The notes: a model not told the origin generated them from the letters alone. DNA of 41,573 nt from Candidatus Omnitrophota bacterium (GCA_021735405.1 JAIPHC010000001.1:1-41573), one strand, 5' to 3'. Positions 18,088 to 27,283 are shown, numbered from the stretch's first letter. Numbers and translations are program-made.

Positions 18088-18748
18088 TACTCTCGGGTTT
18101 TATCGAACTATTTAAGTTAAAAGGGCCTACTTTTTCCCTTACAATTTTAGTCACATGAGCGCCGCAGCCTAGTTTTTCTCCAATATCTTCGGCTAATCTT
18201 CTAATATAGGTACCCTTTGAACAATAAACATGAAAATACACATAAGGCCGCTTTATATTTTCTAAACTGCAATTATATATACTGATCTTTCTCGGCTTAC
18301 GCTCAATGACAACTCCTTTTCTGGCCAGCTTATATAAACGCTGGCCCTTTTTTCTTAACGCGCTTACCATAGGCGGGATCTGTTCAGTCGCGCCTTGAAA
18401 GCTTTCAACGGCTTCTTTTATCTCTTGATCCGATATATCCCGATACTCATTTCGTTCTAAAATTTCGCCTTCTGAATCTCCTGTATGAGTAACTTCGCCT
18501 AACTTTAAAATCCCGGAATAACCTTTATCAAAATCTGCGAATTTTGTAAACTTTTTTGTGTAACTGCCCACCAAAAGAACTAAAAGGCCTTCGGCTAAAG
18601 GATCCAGAGTGCCCGCATGCCCGATTTTGCGAATGCTTAACCTTTTTCTGGCTATATCAACAACGTCATGCGAGGTGATCCCGATGGGTTTATCGACCAG
18701 TAAAATCCCTTCTTTTCCGGAATTTATTTTTCCTTTACTTCTTTCCAT
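18053..18748 (-). CDS. truB: tRNA pseudouridine(55) synthase
   Basis: Motifs LVDKPIGITSHDVV and GHAGTLDPLAEGLL. Confidence 0.92.
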   Translation of the reverse strand: MERSKGKINSGKEGILLVDKPIGITSHDVVDIARKRLSIRKIGHAGTLDPLAEGLLVLLVGSYTKKFTKFADFDKGYSGILKLGEVTHTGDSEGEILERNEYRDISDQEIKEAVESFQGATEQIPPMVSALRKKGQRLYKLARKGVVIERKPRKISIYNCSLENIKRPYVYFHVYCSKGTYIRRLAEDIGEKLGCGAHVTKIVREKVGPFNLNSSIKPESIDETHLQKVTF

Positions 18749-19703
18749 TTATCTGCCTTTGAATAAAAAGAATTACCTTTTTTTCGGACTCTTTTAAATT
18801 TTTTTCTAAAGTCGTGCCGCTAGCCCGTTGATGGCCTCCTCCTCCGAAAAATTTTGCAATCTTATTTACATCCACACGGGAAGAAGAACGAAAATTAATT
18901 CTGGTTTTATTCTTATTAATTTTTTTAAAAAGAATAAAAACTTCAGGTTTTTTTAAAAGCCTCATTATCGAAAAAATTATTTCGGTAAGATCGTAATTTT
19001 TTTCCTGCCATCGGGATATCGTAATCCAGCATATTTTCTCTTTAAGGCAAAATTTTAATTTTGATATGCACTTGCCGATAAATTTAATATCATCAGGCAC
19101 ACACAAACTATGAATTTTTTTATAAACCAAATCAGGACGAATACCATAACCCATCAGCTCTGCTACTATTTTATGAGTATTACAACTTGTATTTGCATAA
19201 GTAAAGCTGCCGCTATCGGTAAAAATTCCGGTATATAAGCATAAAGCTATGTCTTTATCTAAAACTTTTAGCCTTTTTACCAAATAATAAATCATCTCCG
19301 AAGCAGAACTCATTTCCGCTTCAACCCAATTCATGTCTCCAAAATAAGTATTGCTTATATGATGGTCAATATTTACAACTTTAGCGGCAGCGCTTAGTTT
19401 ATTTTCTATCCTGCCGGCCCGGGAAGAATCTGAACAATCAAGAACAAAAGCTACATCAAACTTATCTTTTTTAAAGTTATTCTTAATAGACTTATGGCTT
19501 GGTAAAAATTTATAAATCTCCGGAGTCGGGTCATTATTATAAATTACGGCTTTTTTATTTAATTTTTTTAATAAAAGATATAAAGCTAATTCGGAACCTA
19601 AAGCATCCCCTTCCAAATTCATGTGAGCTGTTATAAAAAAACTATTGTTTTTTTTAATTAAATCGGCTATTTTGGCAATCTTATTTATCTTTATCTTCTT
19701 CAT
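18735..19703 (-). CDS. nrnA: DHH/DHHA1 phosphoesterase (NrnA-like nanoRNase / pAp phosphatase)
   Basis: Motifs EGDALGS, NIDHHISN and GGGGHQRASG. Confidence 0.8.
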   Translation of the reverse strand: MKKIKINKIAKIADLIKKNNSFFITAHMNLEGDALGSELALYLLLKKLNKKAVIYNNDPTPEIYKFLPSHKSIKNNFKKDKFDVAFVLDCSDSSRAGRIENKLSAAAKVVNIDHHISNTYFGDMNWVEAEMSSASEMIYYLVKRLKVLDKDIALCLYTGIFTDSGSFTYANTSCNTHKIVAELMGYGIRPDLVYKKIHSLCVPDDIKFIGKCISKLKFCLKEKICWITISRWQEKNYDLTEIIFSIMRLLKKPEVFILFKKINKNKTRINFRSSSRVDVNKIAKFFGGGGHQRASGTTLEKNLKESEKKVILFIQRQINGKK

Positions 19704-20034
19704 CTTTTAATTCCTCTATCTTTTGATAAATATCTAAACTATACTTAATAGACTTATCTAAACGAAACACTAAATCAGGCGTTTTTTTCAACCTTACTTT
19801 TTTTGCTAAAAGAGTTTTAATAAACCCTTTCATCTCATCTAATATCTTTTTTACTTTTTGCTGCTTGTTCTGATCGAGTAAACTGAAATAGACTTTTGCC
19901 TCTTCTAAATCCGAACTGGTATCTACCTTGGTTAAGGTAATTAAGCCTATATTCGGATCATCTATCTCCTGCTGAATTATTTTCATTAACTGCCTGCGTA
20001 TCTCGGCATTTATTTTCTCAAGCCGTATCGACAT
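19681..20034 (-). CDS. rbfA: Ribosome-binding factor A
   Basis: RbfA-like length and sequence (IRRQLMKIIQQEI.DP....ITLTKV..S.DL..AKVYFS). ATG 20034 is preceded by GAGAGGTG. The track ORF starts at GTG 20040. Confidence 0.88.
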   Translation of the reverse strand: MSIRLEKINAEIRRQLMKIIQQEIDDPNIGLITLTKVDTSSDLEEAKVYFSLLDQNKQQKVKKILDEMKGFIKTLLAKKVRLKKTPDLVFRLDKSIKYSLDIYQKIEELKDEEDKDK

Positions 20035-20067
20035 CCCCACCTCTCAGTTTCTAAAAAGTAAAGGTGA

Positions 20068-20096
20068 ATTATAACCTAAACTGTAAAAATTATCAA
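20068..20096 (-). promoter_or_regulatory. Sigma70-type promoter upstream of rbfA
   Basis: The minus strand has TTGATA (20096-20091), a 17-nt spacer, then TATAAT (20073-20068), about 30 nt upstream of the rbfA start. Confidence 0.6.
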
Positions 20097-20109
20097 ATTT
20101 TACTGCTTT

Positions 20110-21393
20110 TTATCTTTTTAGGCTTTGTTTATTTTGAATTACCTCTTTTGCTTCTCTTAATTCCTCCCCTTTTGCCTCTAAGCCTTTATCCAGCTTCCGA
20201 TAAAATAACTCTTTTAAGATTTCTCCCATAAAGGAAGAAGACTGAATACCGATTTTTTTTAGATCTTTTCCTTTTACCTTTAACTTTTGTTGAGATAAAA
20301 CTTCTAGAAATAATCGAATATTTTTACGCAAATTTTTCTTGGGAAAATAAGCATAAAAAAAGACTAAGGCTTCCGGGCTGTAGTTTTTTAATATTTTATA
20401 GATCTCGCTGTTTTTTTTCTTATAATCCAGCTTTCTTATTTTGCCTAAATTCTTCTTTATTGAGCTAATAGTATCCCGCTGGTCCTTCCTGAACCCAAAT
20501 CGATTAACCACTTCTAAATACTTTTCATCGGATAAATGCAGTAAAATTCCGGCTAGATAAACTAACCAGCTTTTTATCTCATTATTTTCTTTAAATTTTT
20601 TCTTATAAAATTTCAATGCTGATTCGGCTCTGATAAAAAATCTAAAATCTTTTTTATTTAATTTTATCGATTCATCTATAAAATTAAGATTCTCAAGCGA
20701 ATAAAGCCTTTTGATATATTTGTAAGGCTTGGGTTCATTGAGAAAAAGAATCAATTCATTCCGCAAACGATGGGAATGGACAAATTTTAAGGCGCCGGAT
20801 TTTATAGCTTTCTCCATTAAGAGAAAAGTTTTTGCTTCTATCCTAAAAGAAAAACGCTGCTCAAACCTTAAGGCGCGCAATATTCTTAAAGAATCATCTA
20901 AAAAACTTTCCGGATATAATATACGTATCAACCCATTTTTAAGGTCTCGGCGCCCGCCGTAAAAATCTATCAGCTGGCCATAGCTTTCTTTATTCAAGCT
21001 TATCGCCATAGCATTTATGGAAAAATCCCTTCTAGCCAAATCCTTCTCCAAACAAGACGGCTGTACCTTGGGCAAAGCTCCATGATGCTGGTATTTTTCT
21101 TGCCGGGCCGTGGCAAAATCTATCTTATGATTATCATGATAGAGAGTCGCTGTGCCAAAACTATGGTGTTTGCGAAAACTTTGGCCTAAACATCCCGCTA
21201 ATCTTTTAACAAATAAGATAGCATCGCCTTCGACTACAATATCTAAATCAAAAACAGGCCGGTTAAGCAATAAATCGCGCACCACGCCTCCCACTAAATA
21301 AATATTGTATCCTGATTTTTTTGCGATTTTTGAAGATATTTTTAAAATATTTTTAAATTGAGGAGTTAATTTTTTTAACCTGCTATTTATCAC
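20110..21393 (-). CDS. Class-II tRNA nucleotidyltransferase / poly(A) polymerase family protein (no HD domain)
   Basis: Motifs GGVVRDLLL, DLDIVV, DLARRDFSINAMA and DDSLRILRALRF. Confidence 0.8.
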   Translation of the reverse strand: MINSRLKKLTPQFKNILKISSKIAKKSGYNIYLVGGVVRDLLLNRPVFDLDIVVEGDAILFVKRLAGCLGQSFRKHHSFGTATLYHDNHKIDFATARQEKYQHHGALPKVQPSCLEKDLARRDFSINAMAISLNKESYGQLIDFYGGRRDLKNGLIRILYPESFLDDSLRILRALRFEQRFSFRIEAKTFLLMEKAIKSGALKFVHSHRLRNELILFLNEPKPYKYIKRLYSLENLNFIDESIKLNKKDFRFFIRAESALKFYKKKFKENNEIKSWLVYLAGILLHLSDEKYLEVVNRFGFRKDQRDTISSIKKNLGKIRKLDYKKKNSEIYKILKNYSPEALVFFYAYFPKKNLRKNIRLFLEVLSQQKLKVKGKDLKKIGIQSSSFMGEILKELFYRKLDKGLEAKGEELREAKEVIQNKQSLKR

Positions 21394-22294
21394 AAGAACC
21401 CCCCTCTTTCCCCGCCCGGGGATGAAATTTATTATGAATTTTCTTTAAACGCGTTTTATTAATATGGGTATAAATTTGAGTAGTAGTTATGTCGGCATGC
21501 CCGAGCATCTCTTGGACACTGCGTAAATCTGCTCCTCCCTCAAGAAGATGAGTGGCAAAAGAATGCCGCAAAGTATGAGGGCTGACTTTCTTTTTTATCC
21601 TTGCTTTCTTAACCATTGCTTTAATCATTTTCCAAACACTTTGCCGGCTAAGCCGGTGCCCTCCCTGAGCCAAAAACAAAAAAGGCGATTCTTTTTCTTT
21701 TAGAATTTGAGGCCTTACCTCTTCTTTGTATCTTTTTATAAAATGACTGGCAAGCTTACCTAAAGGCACAATCCTTTCTTTGGCTCCTTTGCCCTTACAT
21801 TTAATAAAACCTATATCTAAATTAACATCCTGTATTTTTAACTCAACTAATTCAGAAACCCGCAATCCGCTGGCATAGATTATTTCTAAAATTGCTCTCG
21901 CCCGCAGCCCTTGATTTTTTTTTAAATTCGGCGCTTTAAGCACTTTGGCAACTTCTTGCGAAGTCAAATATGAAGGTATTTTTTTTTCTAATTTCGGCGG
22001 CTCAATTAAGGTCGAAGGATTATTCGATATAATTTTTTCCCGAAGCAAAAATTGATGAAAATTTTTAACTGTTGAAAGGATTCTGGAAATAGTCACCACC
22101 GAAAGTAAACCCCGGAGAGAGAAAATAAATTCGGTGACATCTTCCCTTTCTATTTTCCTGGGATTAGTAATGCCTAACTTAGATAAATATTTACTATATT
22201 TACTTAAATCTGCTTTATATGATTTTATAGAATTTGGGGCCAGGCCTCTTTCAACTCTTAGATAATCAAAAAATGCTTCAATATAGGTATCCAT
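21383..22294 (-). CDS. xerD: Tyrosine recombinase XerD/XerC
   Basis: Motifs RVSELVEL, HTLRHSFATHLLEGGADLRSVQEMLGHADITTTQIYTH; about 300 aa. Confidence 0.88.
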   Translation of the reverse strand: MDTYIEAFFDYLRVERGLAPNSIKSYKADLSKYSKYLSKLGITNPRKIEREDVTEFIFSLRGLLSVVTISRILSTVKNFHQFLLREKIISNNPSTLIEPPKLEKKIPSYLTSQEVAKVLKAPNLKKNQGLRARAILEIIYASGLRVSELVELKIQDVNLDIGFIKCKGKGAKERIVPLGKLASHFIKRYKEEVRPQILKEKESPFLFLAQGGHRLSRQSVWKMIKAMVKKARIKKKVSPHTLRHSFATHLLEGGADLRSVQEMLGHADITTTQIYTHINKTRLKKIHNKFHPRAGKEGGSCDK

Positions 22295-22337
22295 AAATTA
22301 TAAATTCGAAATTTTAAATCCAAAATATTAAACAATT

Positions 22338-22955
22338 TCAGCCGGCTAAAAACGGATTAGTTTCTTTCTCCCGAAGCAAAGTTGTGCTGGGGCCGTGCCC
22401 GGGATAAACTACAGTGTCATCAGGCAAAACTAATATTTTTTCTTTGATAGATTTTAAAATAAGCTCCCCCGAAGCTAAAGGGATATCGGTACGCCCTATA
22501 GTTTGATGAAAAAGCGTATCTCCGCTAAAAAGCCAATTATTTAACTTTAAAGAAACCGAGCCGGGGGTATGGCCGGGGGTATGGATAACGGTAATTTTTG
22601 ATTTATAGAAATATAGTTCTTTTTTATAAATATTAGGTTCTCTATCTATTTTTATAGAGTCGGCAAGATGGTAAAAAGAGCCGTTTTTTTCAGGATCGGA
22701 AACCAAATCACGGTCTTGTTGATGAAGATAATAAGGAAATTCACTGCCTCTTAAGCCTCCGATATGGTCAAAGTGGGCATGAGTTAATAAAACAAAATCA
22801 ACTTTGATATTTTCCTCTTTTAAAAAGTTAAACAACGGCCCGGAAGAAGAAGAAAGGTCAACGATAAACGCTTTCTTAGATTGCCTATTAAAAATAAGAT
22901 AATTATTTGCCGCTAACGGGCCTGAGGGAAAAACCTTTAAATCTAATTCAACCAT
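22338..22955 (-). CDS. MBL-fold metallo-hydrolase (glyoxalase II-like)
   Basis: Motifs LTHAHFDHIGG, HTPGHTPGS and YPGHG. Confidence 0.8.
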   Translation of the reverse strand: MVELDLKVFPSGPLAANNYLIFNRQSKKAFIVDLSSSSGPLFNFLKEENIKVDFVLLTHAHFDHIGGLRGSEFPYYLHQQDRDLVSDPEKNGSFYHLADSIKIDREPNIYKKELYFYKSKITVIHTPGHTPGSVSLKLNNWLFSGDTLFHQTIGRTDIPLASGELILKSIKEKILVLPDDTVVYPGHGPSTTLLREKETNPFLAG

Positions 22956-23425
22956 TCTTTTATATCGGTATAGGTATAATTAGAATCAAATTCTCTTTTA
23001 ATATTCTGAGTTTTTCGGATAAGAGAATCTCTTTTGAGCCGGCTCAGATTGGGAATTCGTTTGATTTCTGCTTGTATTTTTTTAAGCTGATCATGCAGCG
23101 GCTCTATAGCGTCTTTCCCTTCCTGGTTAAAGAAAGAAATTATTTGTTCTAAATTCATCATTGCCTCGCCGATCGCGTGCTTTTGGCGTTTATAGCTTAT
23201 CCCTTTGCGTAATGCCTTAATCAGCTCTTCTAACCACCCTTTGGTATAAAGATAATAATCGATATAGATATCCCGAGTAGGTTTTTGAGGATATTCCTTA
23301 GGAGTTATATAAACCGGCACGTCTTTTTCCTTTTCTTTACGGATAAATTTTTTCCGTAAAGAATGGCAGCCACCGTTTAAAGTTAGTGTGATTAACAAAA
23401 AAATAAATAAAATATTTTTCTTCAT
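22943..23425 (-). CDS. Putative lipoprotein, unknown function
   Basis: Signal peptide ending LTLNGGC (lipobox-like, not canonical), followed by a charged helical region. I recognise no family motif. Confidence 0.5.
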   Translation of the reverse strand: MKKNILFIFLLITLTLNGGCHSLRKKFIRKEKEKDVPVYITPKEYPQKPTRDIYIDYYLYTKGWLEELIKALRKGISYKRQKHAIGEAMMNLEQIISFFNQEGKDAIEPLHDQLKKIQAEIKRIPNLSRLKRDSLIRKTQNIKREFDSNYTYTDIKEWLN

Positions 23426-23473
23426 AGATAAAAATTATACCATATAAAACAAAAAAATCTACCGGGAGGCTGG

Positions 23474-24223
23474 CTATTTATAGTTAACCTTCTTTAGGTA
23501 AAGGCCCCGGGCCGGCGCCGGTTTTTTCATAAACCTCTTTTCTTGAGATAAAATTTTATCTATCTGGCCGGTTTCAATTTTTCCGCCTCCGGCTTCAACT
23601 AGAAAAGAGACTATATTTCTTGCCATTTGGCGCAAAAATCCGTCTGCTTTGAGATTAATATAGATAAACCCCCTTTTCTTAATTATAGTTAAATTCTTTA
23701 AATCCCTGATACAGCTTTTGTATTTCTTGGCATCTTTAGCAAAACAATAGAAGCTTCTTTTCCCGGTTATCTTTTTGGCAGCCTCCCGCATCAAAACTAA
23801 ATCTAGCTGATCCGGCAGAAACCAAGAAAAATTATGCCAAAACAGAGAAGGTTCCTTATGGTTATAAATCATATAGCTATAAATCTTTGATTTTGCCATA
23901 AACCTGGAATGAAAATCCCAAGGAACTTCCTTTACTCTCTTTATCCTTATATCATCCGGCAACCTTTTATTTAAAGGTTTCTTAATATTTTCAAGAGGGA
24001 TTTTTGTATCGATTTTAAAATTTAAAGGATGAGCTTTAGCGTGAACCCCCCTGTCTGTCCTTCCGGAGGCAGTAATTTTTATTGGCTGCTGAAAAAAAGA
24101 AGACAATAAATTTTCTAAAACACTTTGAATAGTTATTTCTTTCTGATTTTCTTTACGCTGAACCTGAAATCCAAAATAATTAGTTCCAATATATTCTATC
24201 TCTAAAAAAACATTTCTCTTCAT
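23474..24223 (-). CDS. truA: tRNA pseudouridine(38-40) synthase
   Basis: Motifs YIGTNYFGFQ.Q and SGRTDRGVHA. Confidence 0.92.
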   Translation of the reverse strand: MKRNVFLEIEYIGTNYFGFQVQRKENQKEITIQSVLENLLSSFFQQPIKITASGRTDRGVHAKAHPLNFKIDTKIPLENIKKPLNKRLPDDIRIKRVKEVPWDFHSRFMAKSKIYSYMIYNHKEPSLFWHNFSWFLPDQLDLVLMREAAKKITGKRSFYCFAKDAKKYKSCIRDLKNLTIIKKRGFIYINLKADGFLRQMARNIVSFLVEAGGGKIETGQIDKILSQEKRFMKKPAPARGLYLKKVNYK

Positions 24224-24250
24224 ATATAAGAAGAATAAGAAGTTTCCCGG

Positions 24251-25273
24251 CTAAAGATTTTCGGCAATCTGAACCGCGTTCAGAGCTGCGCCTTTACGTA
24301 AATTATCCGCAACCGCCCAAAGCCAAAAACAATTTTTTTCTGATGAATCCAAACGCAGCCTGCCTACATGAACCAAATCACTGCCTTCTGCGCCTAAAGC
24401 AAGGGGAAATTTCGAGCCATTTTTAAAAAAATTAACACCTTCGGAATTAGTTAAAATTTTTCTTATTTCTTCTGAGCCAGCCGGTTCAGCAGTCTTAAAA
24501 TAAATTGATTCTGAATGAGAGGTAAATACCGGAATACGGATACAGGTAGAAGATATTTTAATCTTATTATCTCCATAGATTTTACGAGCTTCGTCAACAA
24601 CTTTTTGTTCTTCGCTGGTAAATCCATCTTGGTTAAAACCCCCAATCTGGGGTAAGGCGTTAAAAGCGATTTGATCGGCAAAGCTGCTTTCTGTCCCATT
24701 TCTGTCTTTATCTAATTGATTGAAATATTTTTTCTCTTTATTCTTCTCAACTATATACTTGGTCTCCTCCCAAAGAGATTGAGCAAAAGCCCTGCCTCCG
24801 CCGCTGGTTGCCTGGAGGCTGGTCATAACTATTTTTTCTAACCCAAACCGTTTAAAAATGCCGCCTAAAGCCACTACCATCTGAATCGTCGTACAATTTG
24901 GGTTAGCGATAAGGCCCTTATTTTTAAAAATATCGCTTTTATTTATTTCGGGAACCACCAACGGTACTTCGGGCTTAAGGCGGAAATCCTTACCATTGTC
25001 AATAACAACAGCGCCTTTTTCAATAAATTTATGAGCATATTGAACACTGGCGCCTTTGGCGCCTTCAGTTCCGGCAAAAAAAGCAATGTCAATATTGTCA
25101 AAATCTTCGTCGGAAATAGCCTCAACCCGATAGCTATCCCGGCCTATTTTAACCTCCCGCTTGGTACGGGCAAAAACTCTTATCTTATCAGCAGGGAAAT
25201 TTCTTTCCTTTAATATCTTTAATATTTCAACCCCTACTGCCCCTACACCAACTACTGCTATATTTTTTCCCAT
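24251..25273 (-). CDS. asd: Aspartate-semialdehyde dehydrogenase
   Basis: Motifs IAVVGVGAVG and NPNCTTIQ (active-site Cys). ATG 25273 is preceded by AGAGGT. The track ORF starts at TTG 25297. Confidence 0.9.
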   Translation of the reverse strand: MGKNIAVVGVGAVGVEILKILKERNFPADKIRVFARTKREVKIGRDSYRVEAISDEDFDNIDIAFFAGTEGAKGASVQYAHKFIEKGAVVIDNGKDFRLKPEVPLVVPEINKSDIFKNKGLIANPNCTTIQMVVALGGIFKRFGLEKIVMTSLQATSGGGRAFAQSLWEETKYIVEKNKEKKYFNQLDKDRNGTESSFADQIAFNALPQIGGFNQDGFTSEEQKVVDEARKIYGDNKIKISSTCIRIPVFTSHSESIYFKTAEPAGSEEIRKILTNSEGVNFFKNGSKFPLALGAEGSDLVHVGRLRLDSSEKNCFWLWAVADNLRKGAALNAVQIAENL

Positions 25274-25286
25274 GCTACCTCTTTTT

Positions 25287-26354
25287 TTAATTGTCAATTA
25301 TATTTTTCGCAACCAAATCACCGACTTCCGAAGTTGAATATCCCATCCTTCCGGCTCCTAAAGAATTTAACCTTTCCCGGACAACCTTAATCACTGAATT
25401 ATCGACTGCCTTGGCTGCCTTGGCTTCTCCGATTTGATTAAGCAGCATTGCCAGCGCAGATATCGCTGCCAGAGGGTTGATTTTCCCCTGGCCTGTATAC
25501 TTAGGGGCGCTGCCTCCAATCGGTTCAAACATGCTGACCCCTTGAGGATTAATGTTTCCACCGGCAGCTATACCCATTCCACCCTGAATCATGGCGCCTA
25601 AATCAGTTATTATATCCCCGAACATATTGTCGGTAACAATAACATCAAACCACTCGGGATTTTTGACCATCCACATACAAGTTGCATCGACATGAGCATA
25701 ATCGGTTTTTATTCCCGGATATTCTTTTGCTACTTGGTTAAATACTCTTTGCCAAAGAGAAAACGCATAGGTTAAAACATTAGTCTTTCCGCAAAGTGTA
25801 ACCTTTTTTTCCCGGTTTAGTTTTTTCGCAGTCTCAAAAGCATATCTGACACACCTTTCTATTCCCTTGTAAGAATTAATGCTTTCCTGAATCGCCACTT
25901 CATCTTTGGTCTCTTTGCGTAAAAATCCGCCGGCGCCGCAATACAGCCCTTCTGTATTTTCTCTGACTACGGTAAAATTAACCTTTTGCTCTTCTCTGAG
26001 ATTTAAGGGACAATACTTCTTATCATATAAAACAACCGGGCGTAAATTAATATATTGATCAAGCTCAAAACGCAGACGCAATAAAATCCCTTGTTCCAAT
26101 ATCCCAGGTTTTACATCCGGGTGGCCGATTGCCCCCAAATATATAGCATCAAAATTCTTAAGTTCGCCGACTGCAGAATCAGGTAAAGCTTCACCGGTCC
26201 TTAAGTATCTATCGCCGCCAAAATCATATTCTACTGTTTCATAATTAACGCCGTACTTACCTGCAACCGCTTCTAAAACCTTCAGCCCCTCTTTTACAAC
26301 TTCGGGCCCTGTTCCGTCTCCACCAACTACTGCAATTTTATGCTTTTTTGCCAT
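25287..26354 (-). CDS. leuB: 3-isopropylmalate dehydrogenase (isocitrate/isopropylmalate dehydrogenase family)
   Basis: Motifs [14 protein letters not shown] and [10 protein letters not shown]; leuCD lies upstream. Substrate is inferred from context only. Confidence 0.82.
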   Translation of the reverse strand: MAKKHKIAVVGGDGTGPEVVKEGLKVLEAVAGKYGVNYETVEYDFGGDRYLRTGEALPDSAVGELKNFDAIYLGAIGHPDVKPGILEQGILLRLRFELDQYINLRPVVLYDKKYCPLNLREEQKVNFTVVRENTEGLYCGAGGFLRKETKDEVAIQESINSYKGIERCVRYAFETAKKLNREKKVTLCGKTNVLTYAFSLWQRVFNQVAKEYPGIKTDYAHVDATCMWMVKNPEWFDVIVTDNMFGDIITDLGAMIQGGMGIAAGGNINPQGVSMFEPIGGSAPKYTGQGKINPLAAISALAMLLNQIGEAKAAKAVDNSVIKVVRERLNSLGAGRMGYSTSEVGDLVAKNIIDN

Positions 26355-26384
26355 TGTTTTATCTCCTCGTATAATTTGTTAATA

Positions 26385-26639
26385 TCTCGAAATAATCAAT
26401 CACCAAGTTACAAGATACAAACAATAACCAATAATCAATACCCAATCCTTCGACTACACTCAGGATTGGCCCTGAGCCAAGTCGAATGGGCCAATCACCA
26501 AACTTTCCTCTGATTTGTGTTTGGTTATTGGAATTCTTTCTTGTTTGATTATTGTATCTTGGTTATTGTTTCTTATTTGGTTATTGTCTCTTGTATCTTG
26601 TATCTTTCCTGTATTTTGCATCTTGGTTATTTTCTGCTT
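26385..26639. repeat. Composite palindromic / simple-repeat element in the leuD-leuB spacer (hairpin core 26447-26489)
   Basis: The core is ccttcgactacactcaggattggccctgagccaagtcgaatgg. TTGGTTATT occurs at 26521, 26559, 26577 and 26623, and its reverse complement at 26423. The 10-mer caatcaccaa occurs at 26397 and 26492. Confidence 0.8.
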
Positions 26640-27137
26640 TCATCTTACCTTATTGTTTTTATCTCTGATCCAATTTATAAGCCCGCCCTTTTTTATTATT
26701 TTTTCTAAAAAGGGAGGAAAGGATTTTGTGTAATAAATTTTATTTTTAGTTTTGTCGTTAATAACGCCTTTGGCTAAATCAGCTACAATTACAACACCGT
26801 CTCTAATTTCTTCTGCTTGAGCCAATTCTATAATCGGTAAACCGATATTTATGGCATTTCTAAAAAAAATCCTGGCAAAACTGGCTGCTATAACTAAAGA
26901 TATTCCACAGCCTTTAATAGCAACCGGCGCGTGCTCACGGGATGAACCGCAGCCAAAATTTTCTCCAGCCACAATAATATCCCCTTTCTTTACCTTTTTA
27001 AAAAATTGAGAATCGATATTTTCCATGCACCTAGACCCTAAAAACTCAGGGTCTTGTGAATCCAGGTATTTAGCGGCAATTATATCATCGGTATTTATAT
27101 CTTTGCCTAATTTGTGGACTTTCCCTTTAATAATCAT
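26640..27137 (-). CDS. leuD: 3-isopropylmalate dehydratase small subunit (short, archaeal-like type)
   Basis: Motif [13 protein letters not shown]; 165 aa; follows leuC. Confidence 0.88.
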   Translation of the reverse strand: MIIKGKVHKLGKDINTDDIIAAKYLDSQDPEFLGSRCMENIDSQFFKKVKKGDIIVAGENFGCGSSREHAPVAIKGCGISLVIAASFARIFFRNAINIGLPIIELAQAEEIRDGVVIVADLAKGVINDKTKNKIYYTKSFPPFLEKIIKKGGLINWIRDKNNKVR

Positions 27138-27149
27138 GATTTTATAATC

Positions 27150-27283
27150 TCGTTCCGAGAGACGATAGACGACCGCTTTGCCCTTCGATGTTACTCAGGA
27201 CTCGGCCTGAGCGAAGTCGAAGGCCTTCGCTAAGACGACAGACGCCCCCGTCCTTTCGTCCTTCGTCTTTCATCCATCGGTAC
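27150..27283. repeat. Second copy of the hairpin-core element (core 27182-27224) with GACG-periodic arms. It spans the leuC-leuD spacer and the leuC 3' end.
   Basis: The core is ccttcgatgttactcaggactcggcctgagcgaagtcgaaggc, identical to core A at 33 of 43 positions. The left arm gagagacgatagacgac matches the reverse complement of gtcctttcgtccttcgtctttc at about 13 of 17 positions. Confidence 0.8.

Noticed and set aside
21383-22294. Tyrosine recombinase as a marker of an integrated mobile element.
   Set aside because: Its length and C-terminal motifs fit chromosomal XerD/XerC. Its neighbours are housekeeping genes on the same strand, and I noticed no att-like direct repeats, phage genes or abrupt compositional change.
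24463-25125. Minus-strand ORFs 24463-24699 and 24943-25125 nested in asd, and 36570-36770 nested in recG.
   Set aside because: They are alternative frames of genes with strong family motifs, and nothing supports them independently.
26640-26642. Possible alternative genetic code (UGA reassignment), given the AT-rich, possibly candidate-phylum origin.
   Set aside because: TGA terminates leuD at a sensible length. All conserved genes are full-length under the standard bacterial code, and I saw no conserved gene interrupted by an in-frame TGA.
26515-26733. Two overlapping, very hydrophobic plus-strand ORFs (72 and 63 aa) that look like small membrane peptides.
   Set aside because: They are read straight through the T-rich TTGGTTATT/CTTGTATC repeat array and into the leuD 3' end. 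The hydrophobicity is a by-product of translating T-rich repeats, and no SD is present.
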